NCBI GenBank assembly: GCA_964016885.1
Contig: OZ024742.1
Span: 7,936,001 to 8,000,000, forward strand
Length of the DNA stretch: 64,000 bases
From: Eledone cirrhosa
Lineage: Eukaryota
Direction: 5' to 3'
The notes beneath the pieces were generated by a model. That model saw only the letters and a list, made by a program, of their open reading frames with translations. It ran no database searches and had not been told where the DNA came from. Both the position numbers and the translations under genes were made by a program. Positions 15,001 through 28,078 of the stretch are shown piece by piece (position 1 is the stretch's first letter; each line of letters begins with the position of its first letter).

Positions 15001-18000
15001 GTCCTCCAACTACACCCCACTCACCACCACTGTACCAGGAACATCTCCTCCAAGTACTCCCCACTCACCACCACTGTACCAGGAACATGTCCTCCAAATA
15101 CTCCCCACTCACCACCACTGTACCAGGAACATGTCCTCCAAATACTCCCCACTCACCACCACTGTACCAGGAACTTGTCCTCCAACTACACCCCACTCAC
15201 CACCACTGTACCAGGAACATGTCCTCCAACTACACCCCACTCACCACCACTGTACCAGGAACATGTCCTCCAAATACTCCCCACTCACCACCACTGTACC
15301 AGGAACATGTCCTCCAAATACTCCCCACTCACCACCACTGTACCAGGAACATGTCCTCCAAATACACCCCACTCACCACCACTGTACCAGGAACATGTCC
15401 TCCAAATACTCCCCACTCACTACCACTGTACCAGGAACATGTCCTCCAAATACTCCCCACTCACCACCACTGTACCAGGAACATGTCCTCCAAATACACC
15501 CCACTCACCACCACTGTACCAGGAACATCTCCTCCAACTACACCCCACTCACCACTACTGTACCAGGAACATGTCCTCCAAATACTCCCCACTCACCACC
15601 ACTGTACCAGGAACATGTCCTCCAACTACACCCCACTCACCACCACTGTACCAGGAACATGTCCTCCAAATACTCCCCACTCACCACCACTGTACCAGGA
15701 ACATGTCCTCCAAATACTCCCCACTCACCACCACTGTACCAGGAACATGTCCTCCAACTACACCCCACTCACCACCACTGTACCAGGAACATGTCCTCCA
15801 AATACTCCCCACTCACCACCACTGTACCAGGAACATGTCCTCCAACTACACCCCACTCACCACCACTGTACCAGGAACATGTCCTCCAAATACTCCCCAC
15901 TCACCACCACTGTACCAGGAACATGTCCTCCAACTACACCCCACTCACCACCACTGTACCAGGAACATGTCCTCCAAATACTCCCCACTCACCACCACTG
16001 TACCAGGAACATGTCCTCCAAATACTCCCCACTCACCACCACTGTACCAGGAACATGTCCTCCAACTACACCCCACTCACCACCACTGTACCAGGAACAT
16101 GTCCTCCAACTACACCCCACTCACCACCACTGTACCAGGAACATGTCCTCCAACTACACCCCACTCACCACCACTGTACCAGGAACATGTCCTCCAAATA
16201 CTCCCCACTCACCACCACTGTACCAGGAACATGTCCTCCAAATACTCCCCACTCACCACCACTGTACCAGGAACATCTCCTCCAAATACTCCCCACTCAC
16301 CACCACTGTACCAGGAACATGTCCTCCAAATACACCCCATTCACTACCACTGTACCAGGAACATGTCCTCCAAATACACCCCACTCACCACCACTGTACC
16401 AGGAACATGTCCTCCAAATACTCCCCACTCACCACCACTGTACCAGGAACATGTCCTCCAACTACACCCCACTCACCACCACTGTACCAGGAACATGTCC
16501 TCCAAATACTCCCCACTCACCACCACTGTACCAGGAACATGTCCTCCAAATACTCCCCACTCACCACCACTGTACCAGGAACATGTCCTCCAAATACTCC
16601 CCACTCACCACCACTGTACCAGGAACATGTCCTCCAAATACTCCCCACTCACTACCACTGTACCAGGAACATGTCCTCCAAATACTCCCCACTCACCACC
16701 ACTGTACCAGGAACATCTCCTCCAACTACACCCCACTCACCACTACTGTACCAGGAACATGTCCTCCAAATACTCCCCACTCACTACCACTGTACCAGGA
16801 ACATGTCCTCCAAATACTCCCCACTCACTACCACTGTACCAGGAACATGTCCTCCAAATACTCCCCACTCACCACCACTGTACCAGGAACATGTCCTCCA
16901 ACTACACCCCACTCACCACCACTGTACCAGGAACATGTCCTCCAAATACTCCCCACTCACCACCACTGTACCAGGAACATGTCCTCCAACTACACCCCAC
17001 TCACCACCACTGTACCAGGAACATGTCCTCCAAATACTCCCCACTCACCACCACTGTACCAGGAACATGTCCTCCAACTACACCCCACTCACCACCACTG
17101 TACCAGGAACATGTCCTCCAAATACTCCCCACTCACCACCACTGTACCAGGAACATGTCCTCCAACTACACCCCACTCACCACCACTGTACCAGGAACAT
17201 GTCCTCCAAATACTCCCCACTCACCACCACTGTACCAGGAACATGTCCTCCAACTACACCCCACTCACCACCACTGTACCAGGAACATGTCCTCCAAATA
17301 CTCCCCACTCACCACCACTGTACCAGGAACATGTCCTCCAACTACACCCCACTCACCACCACTGTACCAGGAACATGTCCTCCAACTACACCCCACTCAC
17401 TACCACTGTACCAGGAACATGTCCTCCAACTACACCCCACTCACCACCACTGTACCAGGAACATGTCCTCCAAATACTCCCCACTCACCACCACTGTACC
17501 AGGAACATGTCCTCCAAATACTCCCCACTCACCACCACTGTACCAGGAACATGTCCTCCAACTACACCCCACTCACCACCACTGTACCAGGAACATCTCC
17601 TCCAACTACACCCCACTCACCACCACTGTACCAGGAACATGTCCTCCAAATACTCCCCACTCACCACCACTGTACCAGGAACATGTCCTCCAAATACTCC
17701 CCACTCACCACCACTGTACCAGGAACATGTCCTCCAACTACACCCCACTCACCACCACTGTACCAGGAACATGTCCTCCAAATACTCCCCACTCACTACC
17801 ACTGTACCAGGAACATGTCCTCCAAATACTCCCCACTCACCACCACTGTACCAGGAACATGTCCTCCAACTACTCCCCACTCACCACCACTGTACCAGGA
17901 ACATGTCCTCCAACTACTCCCCACTCACCACCACTGTACCAGGAACATGTCCTCCAACTACACCCCACTCACCACCACTGTACCAGGAACATGTCCTCCA

Positions 18001-20198
18001 AATACTCCCCACTCACCACCACTGTACCAGGAACATGTCCTCCAAATACTCCCCACTCACCACCACTGTACCAGGAACATCTCCTCCAACTACTCCCCAC
18101 TCACCACTACTGTACCAGGAACATGTCCTCCAAATACTCCCCACTCACCACCACTGTACCAGGAACATGTCCTCCAAATACACCCCACTCACCACCACTG
18201 TACCAGGAACATGTCCTCCAACTACTCCCCACTCACCACCACTGTACCAGGAACATGTCCTCCAAATACTCCCCACTCACTACCACTGTACCAGGAACAT
18301 GTCCTCCAACTACTCCCCACTCACTACCAATAACCAGGAACTTGTCCTCCAAATACTCCCCACTCACTACCAATAACCAGGAACTTGTCCTCCAAATACT
18401 CCCCACTCACTACCACTGTACCAGGAACATGTCCTCCAACTACTCCCCACTCACTACCAATAACCAGGAACTTGTCCTCCAAATACTCCCCACTCACTAC
18501 CAATAACCAGGAACTTGTCCTCCAAATACTCCCCACTCACTACCACTGTACCAGGAACATGTCCTCCAAATACTCCCCACTCACTACCACTGTACCAGGA
18601 ACATGTCCTCCAACTACTCCCCACTCACTACCAATAACCAGGAACTTGTCCTCCAAATACTCCCCACTCACTACCAATAACCAGGAACTTGTCCTCCAAA
18701 TACTCCCCACTCACTACCACTGTACCAGGAACTTGTCCTCCAAATACTCCCCACTCACTACCAATAACCAGGAACATGTCCTCCAACTACTCCCCACTCA
18801 CCACCACTGTACCAGGAACATGTCCTCCAAATACTCCCCACTCACTACCACTGTACCAGGAACATGTCCTCCAACTACTCCCCACTCACTACCAATAACC
18901 AGGAACTTGTCCTCCAAATACTCCCCACTCACTACCAATAACCAGGAACATGTCCTCCAACTACTCCCCACTCACTACCAATAACCAGGAACATGTCCTC
19001 CAACTACTCCCCACTCACTACCAATAACCAGGAACTTGTCCTCCAAATACTCCCCACTCACTACCAATAACCAGGAACATGTCCTCCAAATACTCCCCAC
19101 TCACCACCACTGTACCAGGAACTTGTCCTCCAAATACTCCCCACTCACTACCAATAACCAGGAACATGTCCTCCAAATACTCCCCACTCACTACCAATAA
19201 CCAGGAACTTGTCCTCCAAATACTCCCACTCACTACCAATAACCAGGAACTTGTCCTCCAAATACTCCCCACTCACTACCAATAACCAGGAACTTGTCCT
19301 CCAAATACTCCCCACTCACTACCAATAACCAGGAACTTGTCCTCCAAATACTCCCCACTCACCACCACTGTACCAGGAACATGTCCTCCAAATACACCCC
19401 ACTCACCACCACTGTACCAGGAACTTGTCCTCCAAATACTCCCCACTCACTACCAATAACCAGGAACTTGTCCTCCAAATACTCCCCACTCACTACCAAT
19501 AACCAGGAACTTGTCCTCCAAATACTCCCCACTCACTACCAATAACCAGGAACTTGTCCTCCAAATACTCCCCACTCACTACCACTGTACCAGGAACTTG
19601 TCCTCCAAATACTCCCCACTCACTACCAATAACCAGGAACTTGTCCTCCAAATACTCCCCACTCACTACCACTGTACCAGGAACTTGTCCTCCAAATACT
19701 CCCCACTCACTACCAATAACCAGGAACATGTCCTCCAAATACTCCCCACTCACTACCAATAACCAGGAACTTGTCCTCCAAATACACCCCACTCACTACC
19801 AATAACCAGGAACTTGTCCTCCAAATACTCCCCACTCACTACCACTGTACCAGGAACTTGTCCTCCAAATACTCCCCACTCACTACCAATAACCAGGAAC
19901 TTGTCCTCCAAATACTCCCCACTCACTACCACTGTACCAGGAACTTGTCCTCCAAATACTCCCCACTCACTACCAATAACCAGGAACATGTCCTCCAAAT
20001 ACTCCCCACTCACTACCAATAACCAGGAACTTGTCCTCCAAATACACCCCACTCACTACCAATAACCAGGAACTTGTCCTCCAAATACTCCCCACTCACC
20101 ACCACTGTACCAGGAACTTGTCCTCCAAATACTCCCCACTCACCACCACTGTACCAGGAACTTGTCCTCCAAATACTCCCCACTCACTACCATTGTAC
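1..20198. repeat. 44-bp tandem satellite array (runs off the left edge)
   Basis: Monomer CTGTACCAGGAACATGTCCTCCAAATACTCCCCACTCACCACCA repeated head-to-tail with a few variant sites (AAATACTC/AACTACAC/AAGTACTC; CATG/CATC/CTTG/CCTG). A 43-bp CAATAACC variant appears after ~18328. The array decays at CCATTGTACTGGGAG ~20190-20205. Confidence 0.98.
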
Positions 20199-20316
20199 TG
20201 GGAGTCCTTCATTGACATTGAACCCATTTTAGGATCTTGTCTTCAAATCTACCATTTTAGAGAGACCTCATCTTGAATGTCTCATGTGACCTAACATTTG
20301 ACATGATATCGTGTAA

Positions 20317-21298
20317 TGTGTGTATATACAGCACTGTTTTTATATACAGCAGTGTGTATATATACAGCAGTGTGTATATATACAGCAGTGTGTATATATA
20401 CACCACTGTGTATACATACAGCAGTGTGTATATATACAGCCGTTTGTATATATACAGCAGTGTGTATATATACAGCAGTGTGTATATATACAGCACTGTG
20501 TATATATACAGCAGTGAATATATATACACCACTGTGTATATATACAGCAGTGTGTATATATACAGCAATGTATATATATATCTTGTATTGTATATATATC
20601 TAGTATTGTATATATATATATATCCGGCAATGTATATATATCTAGTATTGTATATATATTTAGCAATGTGTATATATCTAGCAATGTATATATATTTAAC
20701 AATGTATATATATCTAGCAATATATATATATATCCGGCAATGTATATATATCTAGTATTGTATTTATATCTAGCAATGTGTATATATCTAGCAATATGTA
20801 TATATCTAGCAATGTATATATATCTAGCAATATATATATATATCCGGCAATGTATATATATATCTTGCAATGTATATATATCTAGTATTCTATATATATC
20901 TAGCAATAATCTATACACAGCAATGTATATATATATTGCAACGTATATATATCTAGCAATGTATTTATATCGAGCAATGTATTTATATCTAGCAATGTAT
21001 ATATATCTAGCAATGTATTTATATCTAGCAATGTATTTATATCTAGCAATGTATTTATATCGAGCAATGTATTTATATCTAGCAATGTATTTATATCTAG
21101 CAATGTATTTACATCTAGCAATGTATATATATCTAGCAATGTATATATATCTAGCAATGTATTTATATCTAGCAATGTATTTATATCGAGCAATGTATTT
21201 ATATCTAGCAATGTATTTATATCGTGCAATGTATATATATCTAGCAATGTATATATATATATCTAGCAATGTATATACACAGCAATGTATATATATAT
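20317..21298. repeat. ~18-bp minisatellite built on (TA)n
   Basis: TATATACAGCAGTGTGTA units grade into TATATCTAGCAATGTATA/TTTATATCTAGCAATGTA units. Confidence 0.9.
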
Positions 21299-21300
21299 AA

Positions 21301-22580
21301 CCTTCTTTTTATTTGCCACCAGGGCATCAAAGAGTGGGACAAGTACAATGGGGGGAGTTTACATAACAAGGCGTCCTCAATAAGGAGGAGGCAATAACAA
21401 GATATAAAAAATATAAAATATAAAATATAACAAAAATAAATTGAAAAACAAAAACCTCAATAGGGAGGATGCGCCTTAGGTGGACGCACCCCCCCCCCCC
21501 GAAATATGTGTGCAACCCTTCTCCTCAGGAACACAGAGAGGGGGTGCTCCCTTGGTCTTTCATCTTCCTCACCTATAGTCTGATGTAGAGTGAAGGCCCA
21601 TTCACACGGGCCATTCTCGCCACTTTCACCCATCTTTCATAGAAACGGCTGGGGTGCAGCACCTCTCTCTCCATCCTGATCCTTCTTCCGAAATGATATC
21701 GGAAGAAACGGACCAGTTGTTGGCCAGAGAGAAAGGTGCCTGACCTCAGTCCTTTCAGACGCGTCCACCATACAACCTCTTTCGCCATGGCTATTACGCA
21801 CAGAAACACCGCCTCTCCTTCGTTTTTGAAGAGGGGAGGCGGCTTGATCGTTACAATAGACTCGGTGGTCAATCGGATCGGTCCACCCTTGACAGCAGTT
21901 GTTCGACATAGCTCCACAGATCGGCAATGCCCGAGCAGTGTACCAATGCGTGTGCAACGGTTTCCTCGTCGCACACGCATCTGGGACAGATCTTTTTCGA
22001 GGGGTTCCTACCCGGGCGCCTGTGTCTGTAGAGCCTTTCTCGAACGGGCAGATCCCCTCGGTAGCACTGCCAGGCCAGGGACCTCTGGAAGTTATCCATA
22101 GGTCCCCTCACAAACGGGGCCCACACAGGTTGACCGGTGAGGAATACCTGGAGGTGCCGTAGCCTTAATGCGTGTTCACGCATCATCAGCCATGGCATCC
22201 CCAGCCCTCCTTTCGAAGGGTGTTGACAGCAGATGGATCTCCTCACCATAGGAGCCCGCTTCTTCCAAAGGAATTGGAAGAGTGCGCGCTCTATTTTGGC
22301 GAGCGTTTCCCTTGGGCAAGGCACGACGATCAGGCTGTAGTAGTTGACGGACGCGATATAAGTGTTCGCCACCTCCGCCCGACCGTTCAGGGACAGTTTG
22401 CACTCGGCCCACTTCTGGGTCAGTGCAAACACCCTGTTCGTTACCTCACCCCAGTTCTTCTCCACCTGGAGGTCTGGTCCGAACCAGACCCCGAGCAACT
22501 TCACCGGGCCCTCCGTCCAGTGCCCGACGACGCCATCGGAGGGCATCGATTTTCCCCTCCACGTGCCGAGTTGTCCCAGT
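21301..22580 (-). mobile_element. 5'-truncated Tx1/L1-clade non-LTR retrotransposon (ORF2 C-terminal part plus 3' UTR)
   Basis: ORF 21869-22546 shows the RT-end and thumb motifs GPVKLLGVWFG, KWAECKLSLNGR, FQFLW and KGGLG, plus the CCHC knuckle CPRCVCDEETVAHALVHC. After a frameshift it continues in 21573-21980 (AKEVVWWTR...FYERW). The minus strand ends GCAAATAAAAAGAAGG followed by (TA)n. Confidence 0.85.
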
Positions 22581-22609
22581 TCAGCTTAGCCCCTATCCAG
22601 CAATATATG

Positions 22610-22795
22610 GGCGGTGGATTAGCATTATCGGTAGAGAGTCGGACGCCATGCTTTGAAGCAGAGAGTTACGTCCCTTTATGATCTGAGTTCAAATCCCGCC
22701 GAAGTTAACTTTGCCTTTCATCCTTACGGGGTCGATAAAATGAAGTACCAGTAATACACTGGCGTAATTGTTGGCCTTGTGACAAAACTAGAAAC
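22610..22795 (+). mobile_element. tRNA-derived SINE, family A
   Basis: A-box-like GGCGGTGGATTAGCATTATCGG, B-box GAGTTCAAATCCC (22685-22697), then the body CTTTGCCTTTCATCC..GGGGTCGATAAAATGAAGTACCAG shared with at least five other loci in the window. Confidence 0.85.
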
Positions 22796-23124
22796 TCTAA
22801 TTTCATCAGGTTTATATCAGTGTTTTTATGACTTAAACTCGGTAATGCTTTGTTGAGTAAAAATATCTTTCGTCTAGAGACATATATCTCTTCCAATCTT
22901 ATTCGAATCTAAATGGGATTTATGTATTATAGTGAGTGTAAAGTTCTAAAAACAGAAAAGTGAAAATTCAGTAGAATATATAGTTTATATATACATAACA
23001 CGGAATCAATTATATATATTCTAGAATCACATCTCACCTCATATGGATATATATGTATATACACACACACGTATATATATATATAATATATATTATATAT
23101 GTCATTCATATATAATATATTATC

Positions 23125-23433
23125 ACTCGCATCACATAACAACAATATGGCACAATTATTTCACCTCAATTGGCCCTGCACTCTTTAACATTACATCAAA
23201 ACACATCAAAGCAGAGACAGACCCTATCAAATTCAAGAAGTCTTTGGACAAATTCGTTAAAGAAATCCCAGATAAACCTCCTACACCCGGATATGCCTCC
23301 GTAAACAATAACTCTCTGCTCGAGTGGGCCATGGTGCCCAAACATTGATTTGTAAGACTTAGCCAGGTGGTGCTATTAAGTTAGACATGGCCTGGGCCAA
23401 TACTGGCCGAAACCTATCAAAGTTATCAAAGTT
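23125..23433 (+). mobile_element. CR1-group LINE 3' end (short copy of the element at 40701-43733)
   Basis: The peptide HNYFTSIGPALFN...[27 protein letters not shown] nearly matches 40777-41058. Same 3' UTR, then the tail CCTATCAAAGTTATCAAAGTT and (TA)n. Confidence 0.9.
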
Positions 23434-23444
23434 ATATATATATA

Positions 23445-24087
23445 TGACGACGAAAGGATTCTCTGTATTTTCTTCGGAAAGTATATTTATTCCCTTTCAG
23501 AAACTAATTAGTTGGAAGTGAAATTTTAGTAAGTAAGTTAATTTTATAATTTTCTTATTTTACGTCTCTCATATTATTGTTCTGCAACCCCATGCATTGA
23601 ACCACAAAGTTACTAAGACAAAACCTATATATTTGCTAGCATTGATATGCATCTGTGTGTATATATATGTTACTAGATATTAATTCTTTATAATTATCTC
23701 CAAATTATTTGTCGAGCAATATTGGCCAAGACTGCTGCTATGGTAGCAGGCAGGCCGCTGTCTTCTTAACAAACCACTTTCCACTGATTGACCTCGATGT
23801 CACGTGATTGATTCTTTTTGAATTTGCCACCGACGCAGTAGGCAGTGATTTTCTCAATGGCTAGGAATTCAGTCCACGCTTTGCTATTTTCTATCCACTG
23901 AATTATTTTTGTATAAGTTCCCAGAGTCCACGCTTTGCCTGGAAACTTAGCTGAGAATAGACTTCCCTGACGACGAAAGGATTCTCTGTATTTTCTTCGG
24001 AAAGTATATTTATTCCCTTTCAGAAACTAATTAGTTGGAAGTGCAATTTTAGTAAGTAAGTTAATTTTATAATGTTCTTATTATACG

Positions 24088-24093
<6 letters not shown>
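23445..24093 (+). mobile_element. Non-coding element with ~126-bp direct terminal repeats carrying a hammerhead motif (retrozyme / Penelope pLTR-like)
   Basis: 23445-23570 matches 23968-24093 (offset 523). Flanked on both sides by (TA)n. No ORF of 60 aa or more in the interior. Confidence 0.75.
23961..24042 (+). ncRNA. Type I hammerhead ribozyme motif
   Basis: Stem I ACTTCC/GGAAGT; core CTGACGA (23967); stem II GAAAGG/CCTTTC; GAAA (24023); palindromic stem III ACTAATTAGT; GUU cleavage triplet at 24034-24036. Confidence 0.75.
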
Positions 24094-24158
<65 letters not shown>

Positions 24159-24159
<1 letters not shown>

Positions 24160-24400
24160 CGAAGGAAATGTGGTAAGGAACCAGGTGGACCATAACGCAC
24201 CAAAGTACTCAATACTTAGGGTAGTAGAGTGGGTAATAGGAACGAGTAGGACTTCGACGGCTGAGCTCAAGCCGTTTCGACGGCTAATTCTGGACGCAGG
24301 TTTTATATCGGAGTTATACCAGTTTTCTGAGTTGCCTTCTAGAAGAATGCCGGGACAAAGACTAGGGGTCCTTCACTCCCAGTGGTTTAACTGCGCGATC
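24159..24400 (-). repeat. Dispersed repeat end abutting (TA)n, containing the 3' half of a hammerhead
   Basis: Similar to 34871-35000. The minus strand reads GAAAC-GGCTTGAGCTCAGCC-GTC, giving stem III ACGGCT/AGCCGT. No intact CUGANGA was seen. Confidence 0.55.
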
Positions 24401-24914
24401 GTGTGTCCAGCTCAACCATTTCTATGTCCCCGCGTATATACATACACATGCTCTCATGTATATACACATATACATACATATGTAGATGTGTATATACATA
24501 TTTACACACTTTCGGATGGCCGTTGACTCTTATGAGTTCTTCCGCCCTTTGTCAGGTTTTGTTTTTTGTCCTGCAGGGTGTCCAAAATCACCCTCCTCAC
24601 CAAGTAAACTTGGAGGGGTTGCCGATTTAGTCGCTCACGACCCGACCATGCGACAGGTTGTACTGGGTTACATGTTACCAGTAGCACTCAAGAGTGACCT
24701 GACATAACATACATACATAGCTACATACATACCTACATGCACACATACGGAATGGAATCGGACTGGGTCTCCCTCGGTTTCGATGACGAGTGTTTCAATT
24801 GTATAATCACTGTAACAGTGACAAACAGAACACACTAATATAGATAGGTTTGCCCCGCCATCTGAACACAAAACCGATATTTTGCCGATTGAATGTATTA
24901 ATAATAATAATAAT

Positions 24915-25080
24915 TGTTTCTACATTTGGCCAGCAATTATCCCAGTGCATTGCTAGTACTTTATTTTATCGACCCCGTAAGAATGAAAGGCAAAGTTAAC
25001 CTCGGCGGGATTTGAACTCAGACCGTAAAGCGCCATAATTCTATGCTGCAAAGCATGACGTCCGACGCTTTACTGATACT
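24915..25080 (-). mobile_element. SINE family A copy
   Basis: Reverse-complement match to 22610-22795 (TACTTTATTTTATCGACCCC..GAAAGGCAAAG..GGGATTTGAACTC). Confidence 0.85.
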
Positions 25081-25809
25081 GAATAATAATAATGATATTT
25101 ATGTGATGAGTTGGAATGGAAGTGTTTTGGCGTGAAGATAATCAACGTGAAATTTGAAACGTGGAAAATAGAAATATTAATAACACCGATATTTCAGTAA
25201 ATTCCTCCCAGGTAATTTTAATGGAGTGATGGAATCTGATTAAATGAACTAATACTTAACAGATTATTTAGTCACTGTCATTGCAGTACAACTAACTTCC
25301 TTATTACAAATGTCTTCATATTTAAATACTTTCGCCACGCTGATAAATATATGTAAAACAAAATGTCCTATTATGAATGACACACTCGATCTTCGAGAAA
25401 CGCATGTATTTATCCAATACGCATGACAAAATAAACTATACAGAGTAAAGTTATGTAGTAGACATAACGTAGTCACAGGACGTGCAAGAAATAACAACCA
25501 AATCCTCATCAAATCACCATCAAAAGCAACACGTGGAATAATGTTTTTCTGGGTTAGTTCACTAAGAAAAATGATGGGATGGTCGTGGTTGGAATGCTTT
25601 GGTTAGAAATTCATTTGATTGTCGTTTAACTCGGGTTAAACAACAACGATCTATATAGATCATAACCTTAGGACCTTAGAAAGACATCTATCTGACATTT
25701 AGCTGAAACTGAAAACAGTGCTGATGTATAAATATTTATTTTATCTACTATACGATAATACACACACTAACATACACACACCTACACCTGTGTATATATA
25801 TATATTACC

Positions 25810-27060
25810 TACGAACTGAATCATAAAAAGGCAAACTTTCTAGACGTAACTCTAAACCTAAACACGGGATTAATAGAACCCTTCCACAAAAATAACGAGA
25901 ATCTAGCCTACATTAGTTATAACTCAAACCACCCCCGATCCATAATCAGATCCATAGCACGTAGTATATCCCTTAGAATATCCCGCTTATCCTCAAACCA
26001 AGACATTTTTAATGAGCATGCTAACTATTATAACGCGGCATTACATAGGGCTGGACACAAAGAAAAGCTACAGTTTATAACGGATAAGGACAACACAAAC
26101 AAACCCATTAACACTGACACCAACCGCTCACACAAAATTAAAGGTAACCGGACTAGACATAGAGGTAGGCAAGTAGCACCTAGAGTAGGTGGTCCAAACA
26201 GGAATAATCTAAACCCTAGAAACTATATAAAGAAAATACCTATCGAAAGAAAATACCTATGGTTTAATCCAATCTTCAACTCCTCTGTAAGAACAAAACT
26301 GCCTTCTACGTTTTTTAAACTAATAGATAAGTACTTCCCTATATCGCATAGATATCATAAAATCCTCAATAGAAAAACTATAAAACTCTCATACTCTACG
26401 GCTGCCAATATAGAATCCCACATACGCAAGATCAACCACAGGAATACCTCTAGGGAAATTACCCCACCTATACACAGCATAGCACCAAACTCTAAACACA
26501 AACACATTACCGTTTCACAACCACAAACGCGCACGAGCGCGCCAGAGCAAAACCTCAATGGGCATGAATCACAACCCACATATAGAATTTTACTAAACCG
26601 CAATGTGAAAACTGCACGGAATAACACCTCCTACTGCAATTGTCACCTACCAGATAGGTGCCCATTGGCGAATAGGTGCCTTGATTAGAGCCTTATGTAC
26701 ATGTGTACGGTGAACTCGGGCAACTCCACCTGGCATTACATTGGATCCACCGCGGGTACTTTTAACAAAAGATGGTATGTGCACAGACATTCGATGAAGA
26801 ACCGTGTACTAATAGCTTCTACAACCTTCGCCAAAAAAATCTGGGAACTTAAGGACAATAACCTCGACTACAATATCAACTGGTCGAGGTTGTCGGCCGC
26901 AAGGGCATATAGTACCGGTATGTCCTACTGTAGACTTTGCGACCTTGAATTACTGTATATCCTTAGGAACGATAAAAGGCTACTCAACAACAAAATAGAA
27001 AGGTCAATTTTCTGGAGACACAGGATCGCTACTAAATTCACAAGATTTAAGCCAGCGTGA
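25810..27060 (+). pseudogene. PLE RT C-terminus/thumb + linker + GIY-YIG endonuclease, one in-frame TAG at 26686-26688
   Basis: Continuous frame joining ORF 26695-27060 across a single TAG. The catalytic RT core is missing. Confidence 0.85.
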
Positions 27061-27970
27061 TTCGAACCAACATAACTTAGCATTCAACATATGAAATCCG
27101 CACTCTCACACAGACCACTACAGAACTATAATATTCTTTAAACAGCTTCTAGCCTCCTTAATTCTATACCACAGTAATGTCTACAAATATCTTATCAGAC
27201 CATAAATCTATCTCTTCTCTGCTGCTGTCCAAACCACCTCGGACCAAGCAATTATATCTCACATTAGCACTCATGATCTTCAACAGATGAACTTAATTCT
27301 AAGTACATTATTTTACTACTACTACAGTCCTTGAAATATCACTTTCCTCCTGTTGTTATAATGAACACCCCAATGTATCCGTAATAGTATTCATCATGTT
27401 CTCTATATATACTTTGCTTTCTTTACTACTGTATTACCTTATTGCCTCTATTGTTGTTGTTATTGTTGTCTTATTCATGCACGATTTATTATTGATGCTG
27501 TGAAAGTTAAACCCCCATGATTCGAACTAACAATCCCTACATCTAATATAGGTCACTTAAATAAAGAATCTACAACTCCACTTTACACCACATAAAAATT
27601 ACCATCCTCACAACAATGAAAATATTTTATCTGTCAGATGATAAATAAATCTTCAACTTCCGGCCAGCAAACCTACAATAAAGCAGATAGTCCATAATTC
27701 CAGGCCCCAAGTTATCTCTTTGCCACCTCTGCACTATATCTACTGTACCGCATGACAGCTTTCACGTGTCAATTTCATACATCTGTATCGTATCAGTTCG
27801 TTTTACATGTTAAAGTCATCAGTATACTCTATTTCTTACTTAGATTGATGTTGTGATTGTTTTAACTATTTACTATCTAGCTAATTTATTTGAGTATTGT
27901 TATTATTGTTCTGATTTAATACCACTACTATATATAGAAGCCATGCCTGTGTATATCCTTCATTCTCGCA

Positions 27971-28078
27971 TGCTCTGATGAATTGACTGGTTATAACAAA
28001 ATATTGGTGATCGATTGACGCAAAATCAAACGGGGAGCCATCTCTAGACCTACCAGTTCGAAGAAACAATTGTCAGCA
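27971..28078 (+). ncRNA. Type I hammerhead ribozyme motif in the PLE 3' UTR/pLTR
   Basis: Stem I TGCT/AGCA; CTGATGA (27975-27981); stem II TTGACTGGT/ACCAGTTCGA; GAAA (28063); palindromic stem III ACAATTGT; GUC at 28072-28074. Confidence 0.85.

Noticed and set aside
14-18506. Six 2100-3970 aa ORFs resembling mucin/extensin
   Set aside because: All three frames give the same periodic peptide because the 44-bp monomer lacks stops. There is no frame preference and no unique termini.
1-20198. CRISPR-like array
   Set aside because: No unique spacers; monomers are contiguous, the context is eukaryotic and there are no cas genes.
22610-22700. tRNA gene
   Set aside because: A/B boxes are present, but there is no cloverleaf and it is followed by a multi-copy SINE body.
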